From the human T2T-CHM13v2.0 reference genome, Homo sapiens, in NCBI RefSeq assembly GCF_009914755.1, contig NC_060931.1: 64,000 nucleotides of DNA; one strand, given 5' to 3'. Each line of letters opens with the position of its first letter. Position 1 is the stretch's first letter. Below, one piece after another: positions 47,836 to 61,444 of this stretch. A program made the translations under genes and the position numbers. The notes under the pieces are model-generated. The model saw nothing but the letters and a program-made list of their open reading frames with translations, made no database searches and was not told where the DNA came from.

Positions 47836-48179
47836 ACTTTGTTAATGCCTTCTTACCAATGTTTACTGTATATATCTGTCATTGTAGGATTTTACTTTCA
47901 CTCAAATATACATACTTCAAGGTGAATTAATCTGTGGTCTCTGGTCCCTATCATCCAAAAATAAATAGATATTTTTATATTGATGGCTATTTATGTATAT
48001 AGATATATTTTTCAAATTTATATTTATATAGAGAGGTATAGCAATTCATACAACGCCATTATCACCAAGGCATGAATGAGAGTAATAAATATCAAGAGTG
48101 ATCTTTAAAGGAAGAAGAGGTGACCAAGGGGCATCCCGAAAGTACATGGGAACAACAACAACAACAACAACGACAACAA

Positions 48180-49860
48180 AACACAGCAAATAACCAGATT
48201 TTAAAATAAGGACATAAGTGGACATTTCTCCAAAGATGTTATAAAAATGATCAACAAGCCTGGGCAACACAGAGAAACCCTGTCTCTACAAAAAAATTCA
48301 AAAATTAGCCAAGTGTGATGACACATGCCTGTGGTCTCAGCTACCCAAGAGGCTGAGGTGGGAGGGTTGCTTAGGACCGGGAGGTTGAGGCTGCAGTGAG
48401 CCACGATCACTCCACCGCACTCCAGGCTGGATGACAGAATGAAAGTTTGTCTCAAACAAAAAAGGCAACAAACATATGAAAAAATACTCAACATTAACAA
48501 TTTTTAGGGAGATGCAACTCAAAACCACAATGAGATATCACCTCACACCCATTAGAATGGCTACTATCAAAAAAAAAAAGATAACAAGTGTTGGTAATGA
48601 CGTGGAGAAATTGGAATCTTTTGGTGGGGGTGCACAATGGCACAGCCACTATGGAAAACAGTGTAGCAATTCCTCAGAAAAATTACAAATAGAATTACCA
48701 TACGATCAAGCAATTCCACTTCTAGCTGTTTATTCAAAAGAATCAAAAGAGTGTCTTTAGGAGATATCCAAATACCCAAATTCATAGTAGCATTATTTAC
48801 AATAGCCAAAAGATGGAAGCAACCCAGATGTCCGTCAGTGGATGAATAGATTAATCAAATGTTGTATATCCGTGCAGTTGAATAATCTTTTGCCTTAAAA
48901 ATGAACAAATTTCTCATACATGCTACAACATGGATGAACCTTGATATTATCCTAATTCAAAGGAGCCAGTCACAGTAAGACTGTGACTCTGCTTATATGA
49001 GTGTATTAGTCTGTTTTCACAGTGCTGATAAAGACATACCCAAGAGACTGGGTGATTTATAAAGAAAAAGAGGTTTAGTGGAGTCACAGTTCCACGTGGC
49101 TGGGGAGGCCTCACAATCATGGTGGAAGGCGAAAGGCACTTCTTACATGGCAGCAGGCAAGACAGAATGAGAGCCAAGTGAAAGAGATTTCCCCTCATAA
49201 AACCATCAGATCTCATGAGAGTTATTCACTACCACCAGAACAGTATGGGAGAAACTGCCCCCATGATTCAGTTATCTTCCACCAGGTGCCTCCCACAACA
49301 CATGGGAATTATGGGAGCTATAATTCAAGATGAGATTTGGGTGGGGACACAGCCAAACCACATCAGTGAGGTACCTATAATAGCCAAACTCATAGAAACA
49401 GAAAGTAGAATAAAAGTGGTTGCCAGGGATGCGGGGAAGGGAGAATATACAGTTGTTTAATGGGTACAGAGCTTCAGTTTTGCAACATGAAAAAGCTCTG
49501 GCATCCTAGTGACACTGGATTTAGCTTTTCTTGTTCCTCTTTGGGAGCTATTTGTGTTAGTATGGACTGCCGCATGTAATTTTTAAATTGAGCTCATCAC
49601 ATTGTGTTGTACTTTTGTAATCTTACGTGAAGAGAATCTGTACTGCAAGTAAAACCTACTCCCCCAAAAACGTATGGCCTTGAATCTGCATTAAACGGTA
49701 TAATTTATGTTCATGAGAAAAAAATTCCACATTTCTTGTGGTTACACAAGAATGTGACTATACTTAACACTACTGAACTGAATGTATGTACACTTAAAAT
49801 TGTTAAGATGGTAACTTTTATGTTATGTGTATCCTACCACAATCAAATACTAAAATATTA
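48180..49860 (+). mobile_element. L1MB-like ORF2 end plus 3'UTR with nested Alu fragment (48257-48465), THE1 and an orphan insert
   Basis: MQLKTTMRYHLTPIRMA peptide; 3'UTR gtttaatgggtacagagcttcagttttgcaa...tacacttaaaattgttaagatggt. Confidence 0.82.
49002..49365 (-). mobile_element. THE1-family MaLR solo LTR
   Basis: tgtattagtctgttttcac...gatttgggtggggacacagccaaaccacatca; TSD atgag/gtgag. Confidence 0.9.
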
Positions 49861-50134
49861 TTTTAAGTACATGGGCAGAAGGAGAGAAAATGATGCAATT
49901 CAATTGCTTGGAAGGAGATTGAATGGATTTCATGGAATCATATTCATAATAACAGTAATGACAGCAAACATTTAATGAGCATGTACCATGTGCCAGAAAC
50001 TATAATCCTCCTAAAAATTTTGCCTCATTCTCACTCCCTATAGATAAACCTTAAACTGTTGCCCTGTGTATCGGGGGTAGCTAGACATCCAGGCACCAGT
50101 TGTCACATTTTAATGGTCACATTAAATTTCCCAG

Positions 50135-50305
50135 GCTTTTAACGTGCTGTTCCACAGAGCGATCGAGCAGGCTGACAAGGTGGAAGACATGCAGGGACGC
50201 ATCTCTATCCTGATGGAGAGCATCACCCACGCTGTCTTCCTCTACACCAGCCAGGCGCTGTTTGAGAAGGACAAGCTCACCTTCCTGTCCCAGATGGCTT
50301 TTCAG
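50135..50305 (+). CDS. DNAH11: DNAH11 coding exon (~exon 69): [15 protein letters not shown]...[16 protein letters not shown]
   Basis: tttcccag|GCT acceptor, CAG|gtaagg donor; 171 nt, phase 0 to 0; LFEKDKL motif. Confidence 0.95.
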
Positions 50306-50709
50306 GTAAGGAGATCAGTTACTTGAAAAAGGATCCCCAGAACCAAAGGCAGATGCCTCTGTTTATTATATATTTTATTTCTGCTGAAGCAAAATATAAT
50401 AGACTTTTTTTTTTTTTTTGGAAGCCCTTGGTGGCATGAGGGGAATTTGCTTCCCACAGGGAACTTGGGCATGTGACAGCCTTCTCCTAGGTCCCAGTGC
50501 TTTGGTTTGGGGAGTGGGGCCGGTGGGGTGGGTATACACATTATGCTCCTACCACAGCGGTCACCCTGAAAAATATTCATAAGACATTCTTCTCACCTTC
50601 TCGGGTCCTGTAAAGAAACTTCCAGGCACTACCAGGAAGGTTCTTTGAGATCAGGGTTATGAGTCCAGATCCGAGTGGAGCTGGGCTCCTTACAAAACAG
50701 CGACTGGGT

Positions 50710-50950
50710 TCGTCCATGTTGTCAAAAATGACTGAATTTTCCTTTTTTCATTGTGTGTAATTAATAACGCATATTTTTAAATTGCTAAAGGAGTAGATTT
50801 TAAATCTCATCACAAAAAAGATAAGTATGTGAGGAGATGGATATATGAATTAGCTTAATTTAACCATTCTACAATATAAACATGTATCGAAGCATCACAC
50901 TGTGCCACTTAAATATATATAATTATTATTTGTCAATTAAAATTAAGAAA
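50710..50950 (+). mobile_element. Short L1MA 3' end with inverted 5' piece
   Basis: Minus-strand ccatgttgtcaaaaatgac piece joined to a plus-strand L1MA tail; flanking cagcgactgggt/cagtgactaggt. Confidence 0.65.
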
Positions 50951-51078
50951 ATGACAGCAGTGACTAGGTAAAGAGAGCTCCAGGTTTCTTACCCACACCT
51001 TCAGTGAAACCTGCTTCCTTTTTATTCCTTTTTCACATGAATTTCTATGAAAGACTTTGTTTAAATAAAAGCGTTCAT

Positions 51079-51462
<384 letters not shown>

Positions 51463-51603
51463 TTATGTCTTTTTCTATCCAAATGTTAAGGAAAGGTCTA
51501 TGTCTTACCTATTCTGTGTGTGCCAAAGAAGGCACTTTATACATATCTGCAGCTAATGATGAACTGTGTATGTAATAAACAGGAGCAAGGCATTACACAA
51601 TGA

Positions 51604-51888
<285 letters not shown>

Positions 51889-52815
51889 GAAATACTTGTT
51901 TTGTATGTACTGCTCATTAATAGAAAAAGACCAGGGATGATAATACATGACATGAACATCTATTTAAAACTTCCCCTTGGAAGCCATAGCTATATCATAA
52001 TCTTAAGTCCTGACAATCTATATAAATCAAAGTTTCATAACTATATGGATAATTACGTTTGTTGAAATAAACTCAAGAAAAAATAATATCTAATAAAATA
52101 TTTTAGTGCATGTTATCACTCATAACACCTTTTGAAGATATCTGGAATTTTAAGATAATATAAAGCTCAAAAATTTTACCTGTTTAGCTTTGTGGTGTGT
52201 TATGGTTTTTATGTGGAAATTAGGAATACTTCATTTGTACTCTCCAAAATATACTTTGGGTTTTTTATCAGTTCTGTGACCAGAATGTCTAAAGTTTATT
52301 CCACTTGACAATGTGTTTAGTTATACCTATAAAAGGTTTTCTCATTCTTCTCAATATAATCTTACATATTAAAAAATCCTTCATGTACCTTGTAGTTTAT
52401 TGAATAACTACTATACCAGAATTAACTAATAATACTGGTTCTACCTTCTGTTTAGTAATTTAATCCATTGTCACTGGAGGCTTTCTCATTATGTGTAAGT
52501 GTTAAGACAAGTTTGATCTAATAATAAAACACTTAATACGAATGCATATTTTAAATATGTTGCTAATAGTGATAGGTGTTAGAATTGGAATAAATCAGCC
52601 TTCATAATTATTTCCTGTTAGATTTCTGATCATGGTTTTGAGATCATTGACATAATCTAAGATTCCCTATTTCAACAGTAGAACAGATGTCAAGTGGAGT
52701 TCCCAGCAGGTATGGTTCTGCCTACTCAGTCATGTCTGTTAAATGTGTGACTACTTCCTGTGTGACGATTTTCATGTAAACCTAATAATCCTTTTCAATT
52801 TTGTCTACTCTCAAG

Positions 52816-52938
52816 ATTTTGTTGAGAAAGAAAGAGATAGACCCTCTTGAATTGGATTTCCTGCTTCGATTCACAGTTGAACACACTCATCTGAGTCCCG
52901 TTGACTTCCTAACTTCTCAGTCATGGAGTGCTATCAAG
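52816..52938 (+). CDS. DNAH11: DNAH11 coding exon (~exon 70): [41 protein letters not shown]
   Basis: ctctcaag|ATT acceptor, AAG|gtatgt donor; 123 nt, phase 0 to 0; translated by hand. Confidence 0.93.
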
Positions 52939-53665
52939 GTATGTTAGGAATACAGTTTCTCAAATTCTGGATCTTATTTAAAATATTAGCTCTCTCCAGT
53001 GTTGAAATGTAAACATTAAAGAATACAGGTGATGTATTAAGCACCATTTCAGTTGTAGAAATGCACTGTATAATGTGATGTTATTAATCTTTGTATTATT
53101 CAATTGGTTAATTTCTCATTTAGATGTAAAGGAGCTTTTGGCTTATGTATGCGTGGAAAAGTTAATAAATATGTACAATCTGTCAGGACCTTTGATAAAA
53201 GCCAAGTGATACAAATGAATATTTTTAAAAAGTTCCTTAAATCTAAAATTTGTTTTCTTTTTAAATTTCCTTAAAAATTTGTTTTCTTTTTAAATCGTTT
53301 CACCATTTTTCTAAATAGTTCTTTAAATTACACCACAGTGGAGTCGTTTATTCTCATTGTAAAATGTTTAAGAAAAACAGAATATTTTAGAGAAATAAGT
53401 GACAGTTGCCTTAAACCTCAATTATCAATCCTCATTGCATTTTTCTGTCAAAGGCCCTATTGTTAGAAGTTAATTCTTCCAGGATCTGGAGTATCTTAAT
53501 GATGTTCAACATATGCTAAGCTTTGCCCTACTCTTTTTTCTAAGAAGGAAACATTTCTGTGCATTGGAAATAACTGTTACCTCTTATTTTTATATATGTT
53601 CAGCTTTTTAAAGTAGTATTTGTAATTAGATTGTAACTTTAGAATTCAAAATTCAAATTCAAATG

Positions 53666-54655
53666 TGTATCAGTCAGGGTCTTAACAGGAAACAGATGGC
53701 ACATTCAAAAGGTTGATGAAGAAAGTTTAACCAAGAGTCTGTTTTCATAGTATGGGCAAGAAGGATTAGGAAATCAACCAGGGGATGGGGAAGGAAAAAG
53801 GAGGAAAAGGACAGTTACTGGAACTTCATAAGAAATGAAGTTATGGGAGAGAGCCAACCTTAGAGGATCTGTGGCCTGTGGCAGAGAAACATAGTCCCTC
53901 CCAAACCACATTCCCACGAGAAAGAGCTGGGGTAGAAATGTTTCCAGAAAGGGGTCCTGATCCAGACCCCAAGAGAGGTTCTTGGATCTCGTGCAAGAAA
54001 GAATTCAGCGTGAGTCTGTAAAGCGAAAGCAAGTTTATTAATAAAGGAATAAAGAATGGCTACTCCATAGGGAGAGTAGCCCTGAGGGCTGCTGGTTGCC
54101 CATTTTTATGGTTATTTCTTGTTGATATGCTAAACAAGGGGTGGATTATTCATATCTCCCCTTTTTAGACTTTATAGGGTAACTTCCTGACGTTACCATG
54201 GCATTTGTAAACTGTATGGCACTGGTGCAGTGTAGCAGTGAGGACAACCAGAGGTCACCCTCATCACCATCGTGGTTTTGTTGGGTTTTAGCCAGCTTCC
54301 TTACTGCAAGCTGTTTTATCTTTATGACCTGTATCTTGTGCCAACTTCCTATCTCATCCTGTGACTTAGAATGCCTTAACCTCCTAGGAATGCCGCCCAG
54401 CAAGTCTCAGCCTCAATTTACCCAGCTCCTATTCAAGATGGAGTTGCTGTGGTTCAAACGCCTCTGACAGAAGTACCCCCACCTCTCTCTTCTCCAGTCT
54501 TCCAGGCTCCTGCCATTGCTTTCTGTTGGCCAAACCCAACTAGGTCAGGGAACCAGGGAACTCAGCTCAAGTGTCCTTTGAGCTTACCCTCTCAGCAGAG
54601 CAAAAAAAAAAAAAAAAAGGAAATCTGAAGAGGAGAGTGAACACTATCCAGCACA
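53666..54655 (-). mobile_element. MLT1-family LTR interrupted by MER41A
   Basis: tgtatcagtcagggtc..caggaaacagatggcacattcaaa start; ttggccaaacccaactagg...tatccagcaca end. Confidence 0.65.
53939..54469 (-). mobile_element. MER41A-like ERV1 solo LTR
   Basis: tg...aaaggggtcctgatccagaccccaagagagg...caagatggagttgctgtggttcaaacgcctctgaca; ~530 bp; 4-bp TSD gaaa/gaag. Confidence 0.88.
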
Positions 54656-54752
54656 GTTTTTTTACATAAGATTAGATACATTCACAAGTCTTCTTCTCAA
54701 ACTGTAAAGTATCGTTCACACCATTCCTACTTGTTTCCCTATCATATTACAG

Positions 54753-54946
54753 GCAATTGCCGTCATGGAAGAATTTCGAGGCATAGACCGAGATGTGGAA
54801 GGATCTGCCAAGCAGTGGAGGAAGTGGGTAGAATCCGAGTGTCCAGAAAAAGAAAAATTACCTCAAGAATGGAAGAAGAAAAGTTTAATACAGAAGCTGA
54901 TTCTTCTGAGAGCAATGCGCCCTGACAGAATGACGTATGCTCTCAG
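54753..54946 (+). CDS. DNAH11: DNAH11 coding exon (~exon 71): [25 protein letters not shown]...[13 protein letters not shown](R)
   Basis: atattacag|GCA acceptor, CTCAG|gtgggg donor; 194 nt, phase 0 to 2; LRAxRPDR motif. Confidence 0.95.
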
Positions 54947-56142
54947 GTGGGGTGGTCAGCATTTTTGGAAACATGTATTAGTTAACATAGAGGAAATGTA
55001 GTCTGAAGAGTTAGGAGGATCTGGTGGAAGTGTTTACCATCCATTTTGATGGGGAGTGATTCTGCTGAGATTTTGATATTATAATCACTGCTACTGTTAA
55101 AATTTGCTAAACACTAAACCATGTGCTAGGCAGACTCAGCACATTCTTCCCAAAAAAGCTTAATTCTGAAATCAGTACTGGAGACAGGGGACTGATGGAA
55201 ATATTCCTGGAAGAGAAATGGGTGTCAGCAGAGTTCAGAGGCCAGGAATATGCATTCATGCATTATCCAAGTGTAATTTCCATCGTTTTCTTTCAGTGAT
55301 GGCATTTTGGTTCTGAAGATTTTGCATGTCAAACAAAAATGTATTCCTTTCATGGAGTCACTCATAGTCCCTATAACTTTACAACCAATGCAGTTTCAAA
55401 GCAGAAACCCTTGTCTACATCTTGGTTTAAGTGTCCTTTTTCTTTGCCCTCTTGGCTTCTAAATGGTAATGTGCTGCTTAATTCACACAAGTCTCATTCT
55501 AATTTGAATTCACCAACCAAAGAGTTCTCAACTTCCTTCCCTATTGTGTTTCTTCAGTAATATTCATGTGCCTCAGGTTTTTTCCTTTGCTTTGTCTAGT
55601 TCAGCCAATTTTCCCTTTGCAGAAACCTCTGCTGAACTCTACTTTACAAGTTAATTCTGCTTAGTAGTACTTACTTTCTGCTAAATCTGATGCTGCTGGA
55701 AAATAATCCTTGCTTAATTGAGCCTCCCTGTGTTAGAAACACCCCAAAAAGCATTTGTATATTCATGAGAAGCCCAGCAGGCTGGAAAATTGCACTGTGG
55801 CAAATCTAATGAACTGTTAATAAGTAATGGGGGAATCTGGCAGGGGATTTGGGGGATACAAAGCCATAGCAGACAGCTGATGGCACTCAGGGGGGTCTCA
55901 GTAGCCCCCCAAAATGGAATGTAGGCTTCTGATTTTCAGAGCTTCTAAGGAAGAGAAGGATTTCATTGACACACCTACCGCATACATCTAGCTGGATTCA
56001 TATTGTTATTCTAACAAGACATCCCATGTAATAAACCTGGTTACTTCTATCGTGTGCCTGTGTGGTTTAAGCTTATCCAAATGGTGACTCTCTTCAAGGT
56101 CAAAACCACTGATCATGTTTTTTGTATTCTTGTTTTTTATAG

Positions 56143-56291
56143 AAATTTTGTAGAGGAAAAACTGGGTGCGAAGTATGTGGAGAGGACCAGATTGGACTTA
56201 GTTAAAGCATTCGAAGAAAGCAGCCCAGCCACCCCCATATTCTTCATCCTGTCTCCGGGGGTAGATGCCCTTAAAGACCTGGAGATTCTTG
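56143..56291 (+). CDS. DNAH11: DNAH11 coding exon (~exon 72), AAA6: [13 protein letters not shown]...[19 protein letters not shown](G)
   Basis: ttttttatag|A acceptor, CTTG|gtgagt donor; 149 nt, phase 2 to 1. Confidence 0.95.
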
Positions 56292-57147
56292 GTGAGTGGC
56301 TGGGAGGCTCGCTGGCCCGCCCCTTCTCCCTCCCTCCCTTTCACCCCCACCCCTGCCCTTCCTTTCAGTTCACAGTGATCTTAGTTTCTTTTTTTTTTTT
56401 TTTTTAATTTGTTGAAGATTGGGTGTATGGAAAATGTAAAGCTAATAACCCCATAGTCTGAAGAAATGTTGAAATGGAACATTCATGTGGCTGGCATAAT
56501 GCAAGTTTCTTTTGTACTGTTTTCCACCTTTTGACTGTATGAGGGCCAGAGGGCAATTTTCCACATGCTCATGTAATCTTGTGCCCCCTGTGACTAAATA
56601 ATGGTCATTAGAGCAAGTGTATTTGATTGCGCAAGGCACTGTCGCCTTTGTGTTCTGAATTACCATTCCCCACGGCCTGCACCAAGAATACCAGGTTAAT
56701 ATAGCTGTGACCTGACTGTGCTCAATTTAAATGCAGTCTCACAAGGTGAGAGGCTTGTGCATTTACCCAATGAACAGATCCATTCAAAAAAATGATGTGA
56801 TATCTACCACATGTTGCTCCTTTTTATGAGAGAAATGCTTTGCTACTCCTGCAAGAGTTTATAAAGCTCCATAACAATGCCTGCCATCTATCAAAATGTC
56901 AATAGCTTCATTATCATAAAACCAAAGGAACTGGCTTCCACGGCTTTTCTAATGCTTGCAATGAGGCAGCTGTGGAGAGCTCAAAATGCTGCTTGTGGAT
57001 ACAACAGAAGTTTCTTTGGGATTCTTCAGGAAAGTCACTCAGAAGATGGCTGCGGTGACCACAGATGTGCATTAGACCACAGAATTCCAGGCTCCTCTCA
57101 CCCTCCTTCATAGACATTTCCTCTCACCGTGGTGTATTCTCCCACAG

Positions 57148-57275
57148 GCAAAAGACTTGGCTTTACAATTGACTCTGGAAAATTCCACAATGTGTCTTTA
57201 GGACAAGGTCAGGAGACGGTGGCAGAAGTGGCCCTGGAGAAAGCTTCCAAAGGAGGACACTGGGTCATCCTCCAA
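57148..57275 (+). CDS. DNAH11: DNAH11 coding exon (~exon 73), AAA6: [21 protein letters not shown]...GHWVILQ
   Basis: ctcccacag|GC acceptor, CAA|gtgagt donor; 128 nt, phase 1 to 0. Confidence 0.95.
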
Positions 57276-57663
57276 GTGAGTATTAAGTTTCAGGGAAGAC
57301 ACTGGGCATAAACACAGAGGAGGGCCAGGGCAGAGCTGGCCCGCCCAACAGAATGCTCCCTTAACACCGCTGTGCATGGCGATTTGCAGAGTGCAAGCAG
57401 TACTGTCAGTGTTCATGATGCCTGCAAAGATGGTGAGGGGCTCTGCGGACAGCGATGGCTGTCATCTTCTGAGAGACTGTCTAGCCATTGTACTCTAAAA
57501 TTAAAACTATTAGGAAGAACTTCGTCGTTCCCCTCACTTAGAGATATCTGGAACACTCAGTAGTGCCTGAGAACACGCAGGCTTGTTTAGATTGCTAACA
57601 GTGTTATCATAGTATCTGGGTTGACGTTATAGTCGACAGAACTCTTTTTTTAATGTATATTGT

Positions 57664-57998
57664 TGTTGCAGAATTTTGCTCCTTAGCATAGCTAAAACCA
57701 GGTCCTTGTCACACAACCAGAAAGGACTAGGAACACAGACACATTGACGGGTGGGGGGAATGGAATTTATTGAGCGAAAAGAAAAAAAAAAGTCTCAGCA
57801 AAGTGAGAGGGGATCCTGCTAACACACCCCAACCTCACAGATTGAATACCAGGCCACTGCCCAGGAGCTGTGGAGGCCAGGCTCCTCCCCGCTGCAAATG
57901 GTGTGAATTTCCTATGGCTCTACCACATTCTCCCAATGCACAGGCAGGTCAGAGATTCTCTGGGGACCTTCCCCAATACTTGGCTCCTGCATCAATCA
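57664..57998 (-). mobile_element. MER61-family ERV1 solo LTR
   Basis: tgttgcag...tccttag..agctaaaacc..cttgtcacac; gaggccaggctcctccccgctgcaaa; TSD ttgt/ttat. Confidence 0.8.
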
Positions 57999-60024
57999 TT
58001 ATCTCATACAAGTCCAACTCTGCCCCTACCTAGTGTGTAACATTCCCTTTGATTGTAAATTATAGGGGTTTGAGTAGACAACTCCTTTATCCCTTCTCAG
58101 GCAAACATCATACAGACCTTTGGTTCTCCCACCCAGTGTCCTCTGGGATGCCCCCCTTGGCTGAGTATTACAAGAACCAGTGGAGCACAGGCCAGCATTA
58201 GGGGGCACCTGAGGAATGTGCTGACTCCATCCACAGCAAGCTCTGCTAGCTGTCTCACTAGGTCTAGGAATGGCTATTTAGTTTTCAGCTGAGTCATGCA
58301 AAGGTTCTCGTCAGTAGGCAATTCACAGGCTGCCTTATCTGGAATCATTACAACAAAGCTCCTAGGTTAGGAGTCGTGATTCTCTATATAAAGATGAGAA
58401 AAGTGAGCATCCGAGTGGCTGGAGAGCCTCAAGGCCACAGGGCTGATTGGATGGCAGAGCTGGTACTTCAGTCTAGGACTGTTTAGCAGCAGGTGACATT
58501 CCTGAAAATAGCCACCCTCATGCAAGATACAGCATTGGCCTCCCTTAGTGTCTCCAGTATCCAGGCTCGGTGCCTTTGGCATTTCTGCTTGAAATGCAAC
58601 TGGATTCATAAAGAAGCTTCCAGAGTCCAAGCAGGCTTATGATTGCAGGAATGTAACCTTCTGGGATGATGATAATACCCACTGCTTAGATGAGGCCTTA
58701 ATAGAGACCTTTGTAAGGGGACTTGAGGGCAGTGTAGTGCATCCCCTTCTGAGGCTCAGAAACACAGGAGGGTTCGCTTTTTCAGAGAAAACAGTTGACA
58801 CTCAGACAGTTAGGTAAATTTTAAGGTTGTCTCAGAAAGGAAAGAGCTCTTTGAGCATTCTCATGCTCCCAGTGGCTCAGACTGGAGAGAACACTAGGAG
58901 GGCTATAGTCATCCTCAAAAGAACGTATTCAAAATAAACTATTTCCATTACTTTTGTATCTGTGCTGAGCTATTTGTTGCCCCTAAAATTGCAAGTTGTA
59001 AATTTTAACATAAAAAAAACTTAAAAGATCTTATTTTGTCAAGGATCTACTTTTGGATATTTGTTTCAGACCTTTGATTTTTGTTGTTAGAGCTATGCCA
59101 GTAACCAAGAATTTAACTGTTTAAACCTCTTCACTCCCCACCCCTGTACCCACATACAGTAATTGGTAAGGAGAGATTATACCAGGCTTTGGGCCATCCC
59201 AGTGTCTAGAAGTTGCTAGTATCCATTTGATCAGCAGGGAAAAGAGAAGCAGGACTTTGAAGAAAGAGAAGGCAAACATAATGAAAACTTGTTATACTGT
59301 TCATAATTTACATTAAATTACATTAACGTGGGTATATGATATGTATGTACATGTTAATTAGTTCTTACCTAAGCCCCAATGTGATCAATTATTATGATTA
59401 GATAGAGCCCTCTAAAGGTGTTTAGATAGTAGTTAATCGAAAGCCCAAATTCCAGAGAAAACTATTATAAAAGTAGCAGGCCGGCAACTATCTTTATCTC
59501 ACATGCACACCAGAAGGCTTGTGAATTAACATAACAGATATTAAAAACCATTTTTCAAGGGCAAAATGACCATTTTTCATGCATTTCCAAGACATATAGA
59601 TTGTCTAAAAGTGTTGCACAAGCATTGCTGTTCTTGGAAAAATAGGCATAAGAATCTAGCCAGTCCCAAAGCCAGTACCCTCAAGAATAGCTGCCAAGCT
59701 AGATTCCAAAGTGTGCCTGTGCTCCACGATGGCTTGCTTAGAGGTTTTTCTGTCCCCTTCAGTGACTCCAAAGTCACTACCTAGAATATTTTTACATTTG
59801 ATTCAAGTAAACTTTTCAAGTAAGGTACTGTTGTAGCCCATAAGACAGAGAATGAAGATATAATTGAGTTTACAAAGCAGGTTTTATTATTGTTTCTGTT
59901 GTTTTCTTTTATGATTGGCACAATTAGGAATGAGAAATACGCTTTCCTTATAACCTGTTAGTAAGCATGTAAAGGAGGGAACTTAGAGTCCTTACCTACT
60001 GTATTACTTTGCTAGAGTGGACGG

Positions 60025-60562
<538 letters not shown>

Positions 60563-61393
60563 TCTACCAGTGTTCATTATTTGCCAAGGGAATAAAAGCC
60601 AATAATGTGAATGACTGAGTGGGCTTAGATCTTTTTGCAATAGAAATTTTAAAGAAGGATACTTGCATTATTATTTTGTTCCATGTTTGCCCTCATTCTC
60701 TGTATTTTTGTAGCTGTTATAATCTTAAATGTTTTTCTTTGTTGGAAATAATTATATATATCTGGGTGTGACATTTCAATTACTGTATCAAGGACTTCTC
60801 CAAAGCCAGAGAGCATGTAAGGTGCAGCCTTTATATCTCCCTCCCAGCACCAACTACCAAGCTATACCCTGTAGGTGTTTGGTATTGGAAGAGCAAATTT
60901 GTGAATCATAAAATGGAAAAGAAAAGAATGACAACGGTGGTGGCATTTAATTTTTTGTGTGTGATTTTCAACAGACCTAGGATTTAAGGAAAATCATCTG
61001 TTAGGAATAAACAAAACATCTTAACAATGAATGATTGCTTGCTTTCAGCTAGCCTTGCTTCCCTTATTTCCTTTTGAGTTCATATGCTTATGAGTAGGAG
61101 TTTGAGTAGAAGAGGTTTCCATCAGAAACCAATGAAGAAGGTGTCAGGCACATTTCTGGCTTTTAGTTTTCATATTTTCTCAAACTAACCCCAATATGTC
61201 TCAGTAATTGTATTTGAACCATAACAAAGAAAAGTACTAGGCAACTCCATCTCAGAAGTGACTGGTGGGCTTTTGAAGTAGGTATGTGTATTGCGTGGAG
61301 ATTTTGGATTACAAAGACAGTCTGTGTTGATTGGGAACATTTAATATGTTCAAGGTTCAATTCCCTTTTGGCTTTTTTTTTTTTTTGATGTAT

Positions 61394-61444
61394 TGATGTA
61401 TTGATAAAGGAAAATTTTTATGATGTATTGATAAAGGAAAATTT
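61394..61444. repeat. Tandem duplication (~27-bp unit tgatgtattgataaaggaaaattt)
   Basis: Two adjacent copies about 110 nt upstream of the exon at 61556. Confidence 0.8.

Noticed and set aside
49096-49108. PRDM9 hotspot motif in THE1 near the GC-rich exon
   Set aside because: It reads CCTCCCCAGCCAC on the minus strand and lacks the T at position 7 of CCNCCNTNNCCNC that marks hot THE1 copies.
53233-53295. Short tandem duplications here and at ~34080 and ~39807
   Set aside because: Ordinary two-copy slippage products in AT-rich or L1 sequence with no sign of function.
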